In this document: piece by piece, positions 22,526 through 30,844 of the stretch
How positions within the stretch are numbered: the first letter of the stretch is position 1
Layout: the number at the start of each line of letters is the position of its first letter
Program-made: the position numbers and the translations under genes
Notes under the pieces: model-generated
The model's database searches: none
What the model saw: the letters and a program-made list of their open reading frames with translations, nothing else
What the model was told of the DNA's origin: nothing
Assembly: GCA_963697965.1 (NCBI GenBank)
Contig: OY969108.1
Span: forward strand, 1,981,326 to 2,045,325
Length of the DNA: 64,000 bases
Direction of reading: 5' to 3'
Source: an uncultured delta proteobacterium
GTDB taxonomy: Bacteria; Desulfobacterota; Desulfobaccia; Desulfobaccales; 0-14-0-80-60-11

Positions 22526-23015
22526 TTAAAGGGGAAAATCTACTTTGATCTTGTAGATTTCCTGGGCCGGCAGGCTCAGGACTTCCACCCCGGAGGACCC
22601 GGAGATCTCGGCAAGGATCTGCTCGAGACGCGCCGGGGATTCGGCGATGAGGGTGAACCAGACGTTGAAGTGGTGTTGCCGCAGGTAGTTGTGGGTCACC
22701 CCGGGGTAGCGGTTCACCACCTCTACGAAGCGCTCCAGCCGCTCCGGCGGCACCCGGGCGGCGCACAGGGTGCTCGGTATATCCGAGCTTGCGGGAGGTG
22801 AAATTGGCCCCCAGGCGGCGGATGACGCCGCTCTCCATCAGGTTCCGTACCCGGCCCAGGACCTGCTCCTCGTCAGCCCCCACCCTGACGCCCACCTCGG
22901 CATACGGCCTGGAAACGATGGGAAAACTCGACTGGATCTCGTTTAAGATGGCCCGGTCCAGGTCGTCCAGGGATTCAGGAACCGCTTGCGGTTTTGGGGT
23001 TTTCGGAGAGTCCAT
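22526..23015 (-). pseudogene. siroheme decarboxylase subunit (AhbA/AhbB, NirD/L-type AsnC-like), interrupted by a 1-nt frameshift
   Basis: The N-terminal frame reads LDDLDRAILNEIQSSFPIVSRPYAEV...GVIRRLGANFTSRKLGY. The C-terminal frame reads STLCAARVPPERLERFVEVVNRYPGVTHNYLRQHHFNVWFTL...KVDFPL. The two frames meet at ACCG (22775-22778). Total length is 490 nt, i.e. 3n+1. Confidence 0.7.
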
Positions 23016-23018
23016 TAT

Positions 23019-23219
23019 TTATTGCTTGGCTTGTGGCAAAACCAGTTTTGCCCGGGTCCAGTCGCTACTAATGCCGCGCTCGTCCTCATCTTCGGCCACG
23101 AGCCGTTCCAGTTCAGCATCCCTTGGCGCGTCAACCCGGTCCAAATCGGTGCGGCTGTGCGCCCTCCTGGCCTTAAGCTCTGCCGCTGTATAGCTCTTGA
23201 TATTTTTTTCTCTCTTCAT
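23019..23219 (-). CDS. BrnA/COG3514-like small protein (putative antitoxin-type)
   Basis: The start is taken at ATG 23219 (MKREKNIKSYTAAELKARRAHSRTDLDRVDA...DEDERGISSDWTRAKLVLPQAK). The pattern YT..EL...R.....TD..RVDA.......DW..A matches my memory of the BrnA family. No BrnT partner is seen. Confidence 0.5.
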   Translation of the reverse strand: MKREKNIKSYTAAELKARRAHSRTDLDRVDAPRDAELERLVAEDEDERGISSDWTRAKLVLPQAKQ

Positions 23220-23363
23220 GGCGCGCCCTCCGGGTGCGGCGAGCTTTTGTGAATATGGACAGAATGCGTGATTTTGTCCAGTTTTTTCAACCCCATCCAA
23301 AGTTGGCCATCGCCGTTTTAATGCTCCGTTTTCATTTGTCTTCATTGGATTTTTCTTCCGGTA

Positions 23364-23996
23364 TTATCCCTCATTGTCTTTGGCAAAAAGACAAATTGCT
23401 GCGGTATGTTTTAATTGTTTTAATTGCTTTTCATCATCAGGAATATCTTTTACTTTATTATAATAATACCATTGCTTCTCCGGTGATAGAATCTTAAATT
23501 GATTCGTTAATTGCCGGGGGCACTTTGGCTTGAATTTATCAGGTAAGTTATCAAATAGGTCGCGAAAGCCAGAAAAGGGTATCATATATTCATCAAACCC
23601 TATGTCCTTATACCGCTTCTTGGTCATTTCTATATATTTCCATACAATATTGTTGAGTGAATAATTCATGATCTCACTAGCAAAATATTCCCATGCCTTT
23701 TCATCTAATAACCCTTGTGTCTGGAAATAACTAAGTGCATCGAACAGAGTTAAACTCTTGTTCATTAAATTTTCGTCGTCTTTGCTTTCCAAATCAATTT
23801 TCTCTCCGTTTTTAATTCTTTCGTAAAACCCGTACAAATCGTCTTTCATGAAATTATCAAATATCCCTTTTATTAATTCCCATTTTCTAATTGAATTATT
23901 GCTTCTATAAGTCTTTAGGGCAATAAATGCCGCAATAATCCCGATAACTGTAGCGCAATTAGCCAAGAAAGCGAAAAAAGGATAAAGGTCGTTCAT
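23364..23996 (-). CDS. hypothetical membrane-anchored protein (low-GC orphan)
   Basis: 210 aa with an N-terminal TM helix (FFAFLANCATVIGIIAAFIAL). It is strongly AT-rich compared with its neighbours. No recognisable domain. Confidence 0.4.
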   Translation of the reverse strand: MNDLYPFFAFLANCATVIGIIAAFIALKTYRSNNSIRKWELIKGIFDNFMKDDLYGFYERIKNGEKIDLESKDDENLMNKSLTLFDALSYFQTQGLLDEKAWEYFASEIMNYSLNNIVWKYIEMTKKRYKDIGFDEYMIPFSGFRDLFDNLPDKFKPKCPRQLTNQFKILSPEKQWYYYNKVKDIPDDEKQLKQLKHTAAICLFAKDNEG

Positions 23997-24104
23997 TTCG
24001 CCATCCGACGTTACTATGCTTTATCAAATTTTCCTAACTGGACAAAATATCATGAATTGTCTAGCTAATAGGGCGGGCTATGCCCGCCGCCCTAAGAATC
24101 CATC

Positions 24105-25175
24105 CTAACCCATGGGTTCGTAGGGGCAGATGGGGTCTGGCCCCAGGACGTCGCCGCTCTCGGCATAGGCCCGGGCCCGGCAGCCGCCGCAGACCTTGCG
24201 GTATTGGCAGTTGTGGCACTTGCCCCGGTAGTCGTCCACCCGCCGCAGTTTTCGGAACAGCTCGGAGGTAGCCCAGATCTCCGGAAAGGGCGTCTCCCGG
24301 ATATTGCCGGCGGGCAGCTCCAGATAGCCGCAGGGCTGCACTTCCCCGCGATAGGAGACAAAGGCGAACCCCTGCCCTCCCAGGCAGCCCTTGGTCATGG
24401 CCTCCATGCCGTGGCTCGCCGCGGTGATCGCCTCTCCGCGGGCGGCGGCGTCCTGGCGCCAGAGGCGGTAGTACTGGGGAGCGCAGGTGGGCTTGATGAA
24501 CAGCCGCCCTTCTTTCTGCCAGGCCAGCAGCCGCTCGAGGGTCTCCTGGTATTCCTCGGGCTGCAGCAATTGCTCCCGCAGCTGCTCGCCCCGGCCAGTG
24601 GGCACCAGAATGAAGATGTGATGAGCCGCGGCCTCAAGTGCGATGGCCAAATCGTGAATGGCGGCCAACTCCCCCATATTGGCCCGGGTGACGGTGGTAT
24701 TGATCTGAAAAGGCAGGCCCGCCTCCCGGCAGGCGGCGATGCCCGCCAGGGCTCCCTCATAGGCCCCGGGCACGGCCCGGAGGCGGTCGTGGGATGCGGC
24801 TGCGGCCCCATCCAGAGAGATGCTCAGCCTCTGTATTCCCACCTCTTTGAGGTGGCCGGCGATGGGCGGAGTCAGCAGGGTGCCGTTCACCGCCATCACC
24901 ATGCGGTGTCCCCGGGCGGCGCCGTAGGCCGCCAGCTCAAAGATGTCCTCCCGCAACAGGGGTTCGCCGCCGGTCAAGATCACCACCACCTGGCCCAAGG
25001 TGGCGAGGCTGTCCAGCAGGGCCATGCCTTCCTCAGTGCTCAGCTCTCCTGGATAAGGCCCGGAACCCGCCGCGGCCCGGCAGTGGAGACAGGCCAGGTT
25101 GCAGCGGCGGGTAGTCTCCCAGGCCAGCAGCCGCAAAGGCGGGACGGAATTAGGGCTGGATTGCATATTTTTCAT
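24105..25175 (-). CDS. NirJ-family radical SAM/SPASM haem-biosynthesis enzyme (AhbD- or AhbC-like)
   Basis: 356 aa with WETTRRCNLACLHCRA (CxxxCxxC) and a C-terminal Cys cluster CHNCQYRKVCGGCRARA. It neighbours hemB and the ahbA/B-like gene. Confidence 0.8.
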   Translation of the reverse strand: MKNMQSSPNSVPPLRLLAWETTRRCNLACLHCRAAAGSGPYPGELSTEEGMALLDSLATLGQVVVILTGGEPLLREDIFELAAYGAARGHRMVMAVNGTLLTPPIAGHLKEVGIQRLSISLDGAAAASHDRLRAVPGAYEGALAGIAACREAGLPFQINTTVTRANMGELAAIHDLAIALEAAAHHIFILVPTGRGEQLREQLLQPEEYQETLERLLAWQKEGRLFIKPTCAPQYYRLWRQDAAARGEAITAASHGMEAMTKGCLGGQGFAFVSYRGEVQPCGYLELPAGNIRETPFPEIWATSELFRKLRRVDDYRGKCHNCQYRKVCGGCRARAYAESGDVLGPDPICPYEPMG

Positions 25176-25197
25176 AGGCGGTGCCGGATTGGTTTTT

Positions 25198-25295
25198 CGT
25201 AGGGGCGGACCCAGGTGCCCGCCCTCTAGGGGCGGGTTTTAAACCCGCCCCTACATTTGAGCTTTGCTCTGGTGGCACAGGCTTCCAGCCTGTGC
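25198..25295. repeat. three adjacent REP hairpins at the 3' flank of the RAYT gene
   Basis: cgtaggggcggacccaggtgcccgccctc at 25198-25226. taggggcgggttttaaacccgcccctaca at 25227-25255. ggtggcacaggcttccagcctgtgc at 25271-25295 (family A). Confidence 0.8.
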
Positions 25296-25296
25296 A

Positions 25297-25794
25297 TCAT
25301 TCACCCCTTTCATAAAGCCAGGGACATGCTGCCGCGGTCTCGCTCAAGCCGACTTTAACTGGATTATTCCGGATATATTGCCACTTTTCCAGTAATTCTG
25401 CTTCATCCCTCACAATGCGGTCATATCTTTCATCCTGCCAGATAGTTCCCTTGATTCCTCTGAGTTGGCTAATTTTCAGAGCGCTGAAGCTTTTTACGCT
25501 GTGAATTATTTCTGATAGATCAAAAAACCCTTCTCCTTCCCGGGAAAGTGGTTTAGCAAGGATATGTGCATGATCCGCCAAAATGACCGCGGCATAAACT
25601 AGCCATTTTTTTTCGTCCCAAAATCTTACAGCTTCCAGGGCAATGCTGCGCTCTTCTACATTTAGAACCACACCATCTTTGCTTCTCCAAGTGATGAAGT
25701 AGACACTGCCAGGTTCTTGCCAGTGGGGCAGGTTTTTTTTGGTAATCTTAAAGCCTGGCACAGGCTGGAAGCCTGTGCCACCAGGTTTTGGCAT
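25297..25794 (-). CDS. REP-associated tyrosine transposase (RAYT, IS200/IS605 TnpA-like HUH enzyme)
   Basis: 165 aa with LPHW...YFITWR, an HUH motif DHAHIL, and the catalytic-Tyr region WQYIRNNPVK. The first ~17 codons (GTGFQPVP) are encoded by a family-A REP hairpin at 25756-25781, so the true start is uncertain. Confidence 0.8.
   Translation of the reverse strand: MPKPGGTGFQPVPGFKITKKNLPHWQEPGSVYFITWRSKDGVVLNVEERSIALEAVRFWDEKKWLVYAAVILADHAHILAKPLSREGEGFFDLSEIIHSVKSFSALKISQLRGIKGTIWQDERYDRIVRDEAELLEKWQYIRNNPVKVGLSETAAACPWLYERGE
25756..25781. repeat. REP hairpin family A at the 5' flank of the RAYT, inverted relative to 25271-25295
   Basis: ggcacaggctggaagcctgtgccacc is the reverse complement of ggtggcacaggcttccagcctgtgcc. 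Confidence 0.8.
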
Positions 25795-25884
25795 TTTAGT
25801 TTGCCCCTTCCATGCTTAAGAGCACATAAATTTACGAAGGGGAAATGGGCAATAGGCCTCGAGCTGTCTTCTTCGGCTTTTACC

Positions 25885-26862
25885 CTATTTCAGCAACTTG
25901 GCCGCCTCTTTGGCGAAGTAGGTCATAATCAGATCAGCGCCGGCCCGCTTGATGGCGGTGAGGGATTCGAGCATCACCGCCTCCTCGTTGAGCCAGCCTT
26001 TCTGGGCGGCGGCCTTGATCATGGCATATTCCCCGCTCACCTGGTAGGCGGCAATGGGCAGATCGAACTCCCCGGCCAGTTGGGCCACAATGTCGAGATA
26101 GGGCAGAGCCGGCTTCACCATCAGGATGTCGGCCCCCTCCTCCACGTCCAGGGCCGCTTCCCTGAGGGCCTCCCGGGCGTTGGCCGGGTCCATCTGATAG
26201 GAACGGCGGTCGCCGAAGGCCGGGGCGCAGTCCGCGGCCTCCCGAAAGGGCCCGTAGAAACTGGAGGCGTATTTCACCGCATAGCTCATGATGGGCAGCA
26301 TTTCGAAACCGCGCTCGTCCAGGGCCTCCCGGATGGCGCCCACGCGGCCGTCCATCATGTCGGACGGAGCCACCATGTCGGCCCCGGCCTCGGCGTGGGA
26401 CAAGGCCACCTCGGCCAACGCCTCCAGGCTGGCGTCGTTGTCCACCTCACCTTGATGGATGAGGCCGCAGTGGCCGTGGGAGGTGTAGCCGCACAGACAG
26501 ACGTCGGTAATCACCAGCAGGCCCGGCGTCTCTTTCTTCAAGCGGCGCACCGCCTGCTGCACCGCTCCCTTGGGAGAGGCGGCCTCGGAGCCGGTCTCGT
26601 CCTTCTTTTGGGGCACCCCGAAGAGCAACACCGCGGGCAGGCCCAGATCAGCCACCTCCCGGGCCTCTTTCACGAGCTGGTCCACCGACAGCCGAAAGAC
26701 CCCCGGCATAGCGTCCACCGCCTGGCGGACCCCCTGGCCCGGGGCCGCGAACATGGGATAAATGAAGTCCTCCCGGCGCAAATGGGTCTCCTGCACCATC
26801 TTCCGCAGGGTCTCCTGGCGCCGCAGCCTCCGGGGACGAAATATCAGTTCCATAATGAGCAC
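25885..26862 (-). CDS. hemB: porphobilinogen synthase (delta-aminolevulinate dehydratase)
   Basis: 325 aa starting RPRRLR. It has a Cys-rich zinc site [14 protein letters not shown] and the active-site region [10 protein letters not shown]. Confidence 0.95.
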   Translation of the reverse strand: MLIMELIFRPRRLRRQETLRKMVQETHLRREDFIYPMFAAPGQGVRQAVDAMPGVFRLSVDQLVKEAREVADLGLPAVLLFGVPQKKDETGSEAASPKGAVQQAVRRLKKETPGLLVITDVCLCGYTSHGHCGLIHQGEVDNDASLEALAEVALSHAEAGADMVAPSDMMDGRVGAIREALDERGFEMLPIMSYAVKYASSFYGPFREAADCAPAFGDRRSYQMDPANAREALREAALDVEEGADILMVKPALPYLDIVAQLAGEFDLPIAAYQVSGEYAMIKAAAQKGWLNEEAVMLESLTAIKRAGADLIMTYFAKEAAKLLK

Positions 26863-27085
26863 CCGCGCTTAAAATTCATTTTTTACAACCGTATCATAAT
26901 ATTAACATATGAAGCCGGGCTGCCTTTACAAAAAAACCGAACCCTGCGATAGTGGCCGCACCCCTGAATAATATGCCAGGCCGCGGCTCCCCGAGAACCC
27001 GCGAAAATCGCAGTTGGCCCCCCCGCCTTAAAAAGGGTTGACGCTGCTTCCGGGTATGGGATACTAAATTTTTGGAAATCTGGGG

Positions 27086-27694
27086 ATGGGAGGCGGAATG
27101 CGGAGCAGCGCTTTAATGGGCCTCTGTCTGGCGGCGATGCAGTTGGTGGTCGCGGCGGGTTGCGGGTCGGGGTCGGCTTACCATGCGGCGCCGGGGGCCG
27201 GCTACCAGGGACCGCAGCCCTCGGGAGGTGAGCAGGCCAGGCTCAAAGACGCCCTGACGGGAGGACAGATGACCCCGTCGGAGGTGGCGGACATGACTTC
27301 CCGTCTCCTGGCCGACAGCACGACGTTCAACGACCAGAAGACCATGGCCCGGCTGGAACTGCTCCTTCTGATGGCCATTAAGTCCCCGGACAAGTCGGCT
27401 CAAGCCGCGCTCTGGCGGAATCTGGGCATCCTCCACTACCACCAGCAAAAGTACAGGGAGGCGCGCCAGGAGCTTCAGACCTCCAACGAAATTAACCCCA
27501 AAAGTGCCCAGACCCATTTTTACCTGGCCCGCCTCTTCACCCACGAGGGCGAGATCTACGAGCGCCAGGGGCAGCAAGGCAAATCCCGGCAACAATTCAA
27601 GCGGGCCGTCATCGAAATGGAGCAGGCCCGGAAGATTGAACCCGGCAATCCGTTATTTCGCCAGGACCTCAAGCAAATGATCGGCACTGAATAG
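27086..27694 (+). CDS. TPR-repeat lipoprotein
   Basis: Lipobox VVAAGC, and TPR-like repeats (ALWRNLGILHYHQQKYREARQELQTSNEINPKSAQTHFYLARLF). Confidence 0.6.
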   Translation: MGGGMRSSALMGLCLAAMQLVVAAGCGSGSAYHAAPGAGYQGPQPSGGEQARLKDALTGGQMTPSEVADMTSRLLADSTTFNDQKTMARLELLLLMAIKSPDKSAQAALWRNLGILHYHQQKYREARQELQTSNEINPKSAQTHFYLARLFTHEGEIYERQGQQGKSRQQFKRAVIEMEQARKIEPGNPLFRQDLKQMIGTE

Positions 27695-27705
27695 GTGGTG
27701 GCGTC

Positions 27706-27921
27706 ATGAAAATCTCCTGCCCCTACTGCGGCAACGATGCGGATTTTTTTGAAGTGGCGGAAGGCGTCACCATCACCACCTTTTACGAGCAAAACGAAGA
27801 CGGCAGCTTTTCCACGGTGAGCGACGACTCCAAGATCCAGGGAGAGGTGCGGTTTTTTTGCGGCGAATGCCACAAGGAGCTCAAGGAGTACCACGACCAC
27901 TTCCTGGACATGCTTTTTTAG
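27706..27921 (+). CDS. small zinc-ribbon protein
   Basis: 71 aa with CPYCG...CGEC, two CxxC pairs. Confidence 0.45.
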   Translation: MKISCPYCGNDADFFEVAEGVTITTFYEQNEDGSFSTVSDDSKIQGEVRFFCGECHKELKEYHDHFLDMLF

Positions 27922-27978
27922 TTTCGATTGTCGAGTTTTGAGTTTCGGGTTTGAGTTTTTAGGTTTTGGATTTTAGTT
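27919..27978 (-). repeat. GAAAC-type degenerate array (antisense orientation)
   Basis: tagtttcgattgtcgagttttgagtttcgggtttgagtttttaggttttggattttag is the complement of an aaactc/gaaact series. Confidence 0.7.
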
Positions 27979-27995
27979 AAATTTGGAGGTGAGTT

Positions 27996-28439
27996 ATGAA
28001 GGCTCGTTTAGAAATTAAAGCTGATATACTAACAGCATTCATTAAAGAGGACAGAACCGAAATCCGGATAATTCGAGATAGAATTATGAATACTACTTCA
28101 TCGATAGTAGTAGCCTCGTTTGCTATAACCGCCTTCTTCTATAGCAGACAAGACAATACGTTATTAAATAACCTACGTAATTACGCATCAGTGATTGATG
28201 TTGGTCTTATAGGCTTAATCTTTGCACTTTTTATAGTTATGAAGCGCAGTTTGTATTACGGCAGGAAAGCATTGATGGCAAGACAGAAGTTATTAAATGA
28301 TCTTAATTGTGTTGATGATATTGACTTAGACCCTTTTTTGGTCCCAGAAGATACTGAAGTTAATATCACTGATAATGATTTATCAGTGTTAGTGGGATTT
28401 GCTTTATTAATTTTAGTCGCAAAAGTAATCTTTGTGTAA
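27996..28439 (+). CDS. hypothetical membrane protein (low-GC orphan)
   Basis: 147 aa in a very AT-rich region, with 2-3 predicted TM helices and an RBS GGAGGTGAG upstream. No family recognised. Confidence 0.35.
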   Translation: MKARLEIKADILTAFIKEDRTEIRIIRDRIMNTTSSIVVASFAITAFFYSRQDNTLLNNLRNYASVIDVGLIGLIFALFIVMKRSLYYGRKALMARQKLLNDLNCVDDIDLDPFLVPEDTEVNITDNDLSVLVGFALLILVAKVIFV

Positions 28440-28469
28440 CCAAAAATAGTGCCATAAACCCAAAACCCT

Positions 28470-28496
28470 GGGCGGACACATGGGTCCGCCCCTACA
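28470..28496. repeat. REP hairpin (GGGCGGAC-loop-GTCCGCCCCTAC variant)
   Basis: gggcggacacatgggtccgcccctaca, immediately followed by actcgaaactcaa and the mutM start codon. Confidence 0.65.
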
Positions 28497-28509
28497 ACTC
28501 GAAACTCAA

Positions 28510-29343
28510 ATGCCCGAACTTCCCGAAGTAGAGGTAATCCGGCGGGGACTGGCCCCCCATCTGGTGGGCCGCCGCTTCCTCCGGGTCTCAGTAGGGGAAA
28601 AGTCCCTGCGGCGCCAATCCCCGGCCCTGGAACTGGAAGGCCTGCTGGTGGGCCGCAGACTGGCGGCCCTCCGCCGCCGGGGCAAATACCTGGTCTTTGC
28701 CCTGGAGGACGGCGGCACCCTGCTGGTGCACCTGGGCATGACCGGCCACCTGCTCCTCGGTTCTAACAAAAAGGCGACGCAGAGCCTGACCCACGTCCAT
28801 CTCACCTTCCAACTGGAAGGGGGGCTTAATCTCATCTACCAGGACATCCGGCGCTTCGGCCAGGTGCTGGTCTTTCCGCCGGGCGCGGCGCCCCCGCCCC
28901 TGAAGGAGGTGGGGCGGGAACCTTTCTCCCGGGGAGTGACCCCCCAGTGGCTGCGGGCCCAGGCCAGGGATCGCTCCCGGCCCATCAAGACCTTTCTCCT
29001 CGACTCCCGGATAATGGCCGGGGTCGGGAACATTTACGCCTGCGAAATCCTGTTCGCCGCCGGGATCCATCCGGCCACCCCGGCAGGCGCCCTCACCACC
29101 GACGACTGGGGCCGCATCCTCAGGGAAACCCGGCGCATCCTCAGGGCGGCCATCCGCCAGGGCGGCACCACGGTGTCCAATTTCCTCAACAGCCAGGGAG
29201 AAGCCGGGCTCTTCCAGGTTCGGCTGCTGGTCTATGGGAAGAAGGGAGAGCCCTGCCCAGGCTGCGGCGCCCCCATCGTTCGCCTCAAACAGGCGGGGCG
29301 CAGCAGCTTCTGCTGCCCGGCGTGCCAAAAACTTTTGGCATAA
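28510..29343 (+). CDS. mutM: formamidopyrimidine-DNA glycosylase
   Basis: MPELPEVE N-terminus (catalytic Pro2), H2TH region, and a C-terminal zinc finger CPGCGAPI...CCPACQ. The start is taken at ATG 28510. Confidence 0.92.
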   Translation: MPELPEVEVIRRGLAPHLVGRRFLRVSVGEKSLRRQSPALELEGLLVGRRLAALRRRGKYLVFALEDGGTLLVHLGMTGHLLLGSNKKATQSLTHVHLTFQLEGGLNLIYQDIRRFGQVLVFPPGAAPPPLKEVGREPFSRGVTPQWLRAQARDRSRPIKTFLLDSRIMAGVGNIYACEILFAAGIHPATPAGALTTDDWGRILRETRRILRAAIRQGGTTVSNFLNSQGEAGLFQVRLLVYGKKGEPCPGCGAPIVRLKQAGRSSFCCPACQKLLA

Positions 29344-29457
29344 AGACCAGAGCCCCGCATATTCGCCAATCCAATTCTTTCTAGAAAAAAGGGGGGTTCT
29401 CCGCCGCCTCTTCCCAGCCGCGGCCCTGTCCTGTTTGAGCCCATAGGGCGGGAATCA

Positions 29458-29485
29458 GTAGCACAGGTTTCAAACCTGTGCCACC
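29458..29485. repeat. REP hairpin family A variant
   Basis: gtagcacaggtttcaaacctgtgccacc. Confidence 0.7.
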
Positions 29486-29577
29486 AGGCTCATCCCGCCA
29501 TTAGCTTCAAAAAAGTTGTTGAAACCCATAAACCCATCAAATATAATTAGATAATATAACTATTAGTAAGGCTAATT

Positions 29578-30042
29578 ATGTTAGCTTCACCAAACGAGTG
29601 CGCCCGGCAATTATTGGAAGCCATTCCCATGGTTATGCGCGCCATCCGCAAAGAAATGAGGAATTACCGGGGATTCGACCTTTCGGTGCCCAAGTTTCGG
29701 GTCCTGATTTTCTTGAATCGCCATGAAGGCGCATCGCTCTCGGAAATTGCGGAGCATATGGGGCTCGCCCTGCCCTCGATGTCCAAATTGATAGATGGCC
29801 TGGTAGCCCGAAATATGGTCCTACGCCAAATGGACCCCGGAGACCGCCGCCGGGTGACCCTGGCCCCCACTGCTCTTGGCCGCACCGCCATGCAATCGGC
29901 CCTGGAGGCCACTGCGGCCCGGCTGGCCGAGCGCCTGGCGTCGCTACCGTCATCCGGGCGCCGCACCATCCTGGAGGCAATGCAGATTTTGGAATCGGCC
30001 TTTGGGTGCGGCCGGACGGCAAAGACTGCTTTGGAGAAGTAA
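29578..30042 (+). CDS. MarR family transcriptional regulator
   Basis: 154 aa with a winged-HTH pattern (LSVPKFRVLIFLNRHEGASLSEIAEHMGLALPSMSKLIDGLVARNMVLR...DRRRV). Confidence 0.85.
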   Translation: MLASPNECARQLLEAIPMVMRAIRKEMRNYRGFDLSVPKFRVLIFLNRHEGASLSEIAEHMGLALPSMSKLIDGLVARNMVLRQMDPGDRRRVTLAPTALGRTAMQSALEATAARLAERLASLPSSGRRTILEAMQILESAFGCGRTAKTALEK

Positions 30043-30046
30043 TTAT

Positions 30047-30844
30047 ATGGCTATTTTGGAGACGAAGGCCCTCACCCGCTGCTTCAACGGTCACCCTGCT
30101 GTTTCGGAGCTGACGATTGCGGTGGAGGCCGGGGAGATTTTCGGTTTGCTGGGTCCCAACGGCGCGGGTAAGACCACTACCCTCAAGATGCTCACCACCC
30201 TCTTGCCGCCGACCTCGGGGACCGCGTCCGTCGCCGGCTTCGACATCATTCGGCAAGCCCGGGACGTGCGCCGGGTCATCGGCTACGTGCCGCAGTTGGT
30301 TTCCGCCGATGGCAACCTGACTGGTTATGAGAACCTGTTGATCTTTGCCAAACTTTACGATATCCCCCGCGCCGAGCGCCAGGAGCGAATACGCGCCGCA
30401 CTGGCCTTAATCGATTTAACCGAGGCGGGGGACCGCATGGTGCGGGAATATTCCGGTGGCATGATCCGGCGGCTGGAAATCGCCCAGTCCATGTTGCACC
30501 GGCCCCCGGTGCTTTTCCTGGATGAACCGTCAGTTGGCCTCGATCCGGTGGCTCGCCGGGCCGTCTGGGACCATATCGAGGAATTACGCCGCAAGTTTGG
30601 CACTACCATTATGATGACCACCCACCTCATGGAGGAAGCAGACCACCTGTGCCAGCGGGTGGCGATCATGCATCTGGGCCGGGTGGCCGCCATCGGCACG
30701 CCCGCGGACCTCAAGGCGTCGCTGGGCGGCAAAAAAACGACCTTGGATGACGTCTTCGTTCATTATGCCGGTGGCATAGTCGAATCCGGGGGAGGCTACC
30801 GTGAAATCTCGAGAACCAGACGCACGGCCCAACGGCTGGGCTAG
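30047..30844 (+). CDS. ABC transporter ATP-binding protein (DrrA/ABC-2 type)
   Basis: Walker A GPNGAGKTT, signature YSGGMIRRL, and Walker B LFLDEP. The start is taken at ATG 30047. Confidence 0.9.
   Translation: MAILETKALTRCFNGHPAVSELTIAVEAGEIFGLLGPNGAGKTTTLKMLTTLLPPTSGTASVAGFDIIRQARDVRRVIGYVPQLVSADGNLTGYENLLIFAKLYDIPRAERQERIRAALALIDLTEAGDRMVREYSGGMIRRLEIAQSMLHRPPVLFLDEPSVGLDPVARRAVWDHIEELRRKFGTTIMMTTHLMEEADHLCQRVAIMHLGRVAAIGTPADLKASLGGKKTTLDDVFVHYAGGIVESGGGYREISRTRRTAQRLG

Noticed and set aside
22269-23015. 248-aa ORF taken at face value
   Set aside because: It is a chimera. A genuine AhbA/B-like N-terminus is followed by out-of-frame read-through (Pro/Arg/Gly-rich) that continues into REP hairpins (WWAVPTL). 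It is better explained as a frameshifted gene that ends at 22526.
29540-29577. AT-rich ATTAGATAA-n7-ATTAGTAAG repeat upstream of the marR-like gene as a MarR operator
   Set aside because: It is plausible, but it is only a short imperfect direct repeat in AT-rich DNA. There is not enough evidence to call it a binding site.
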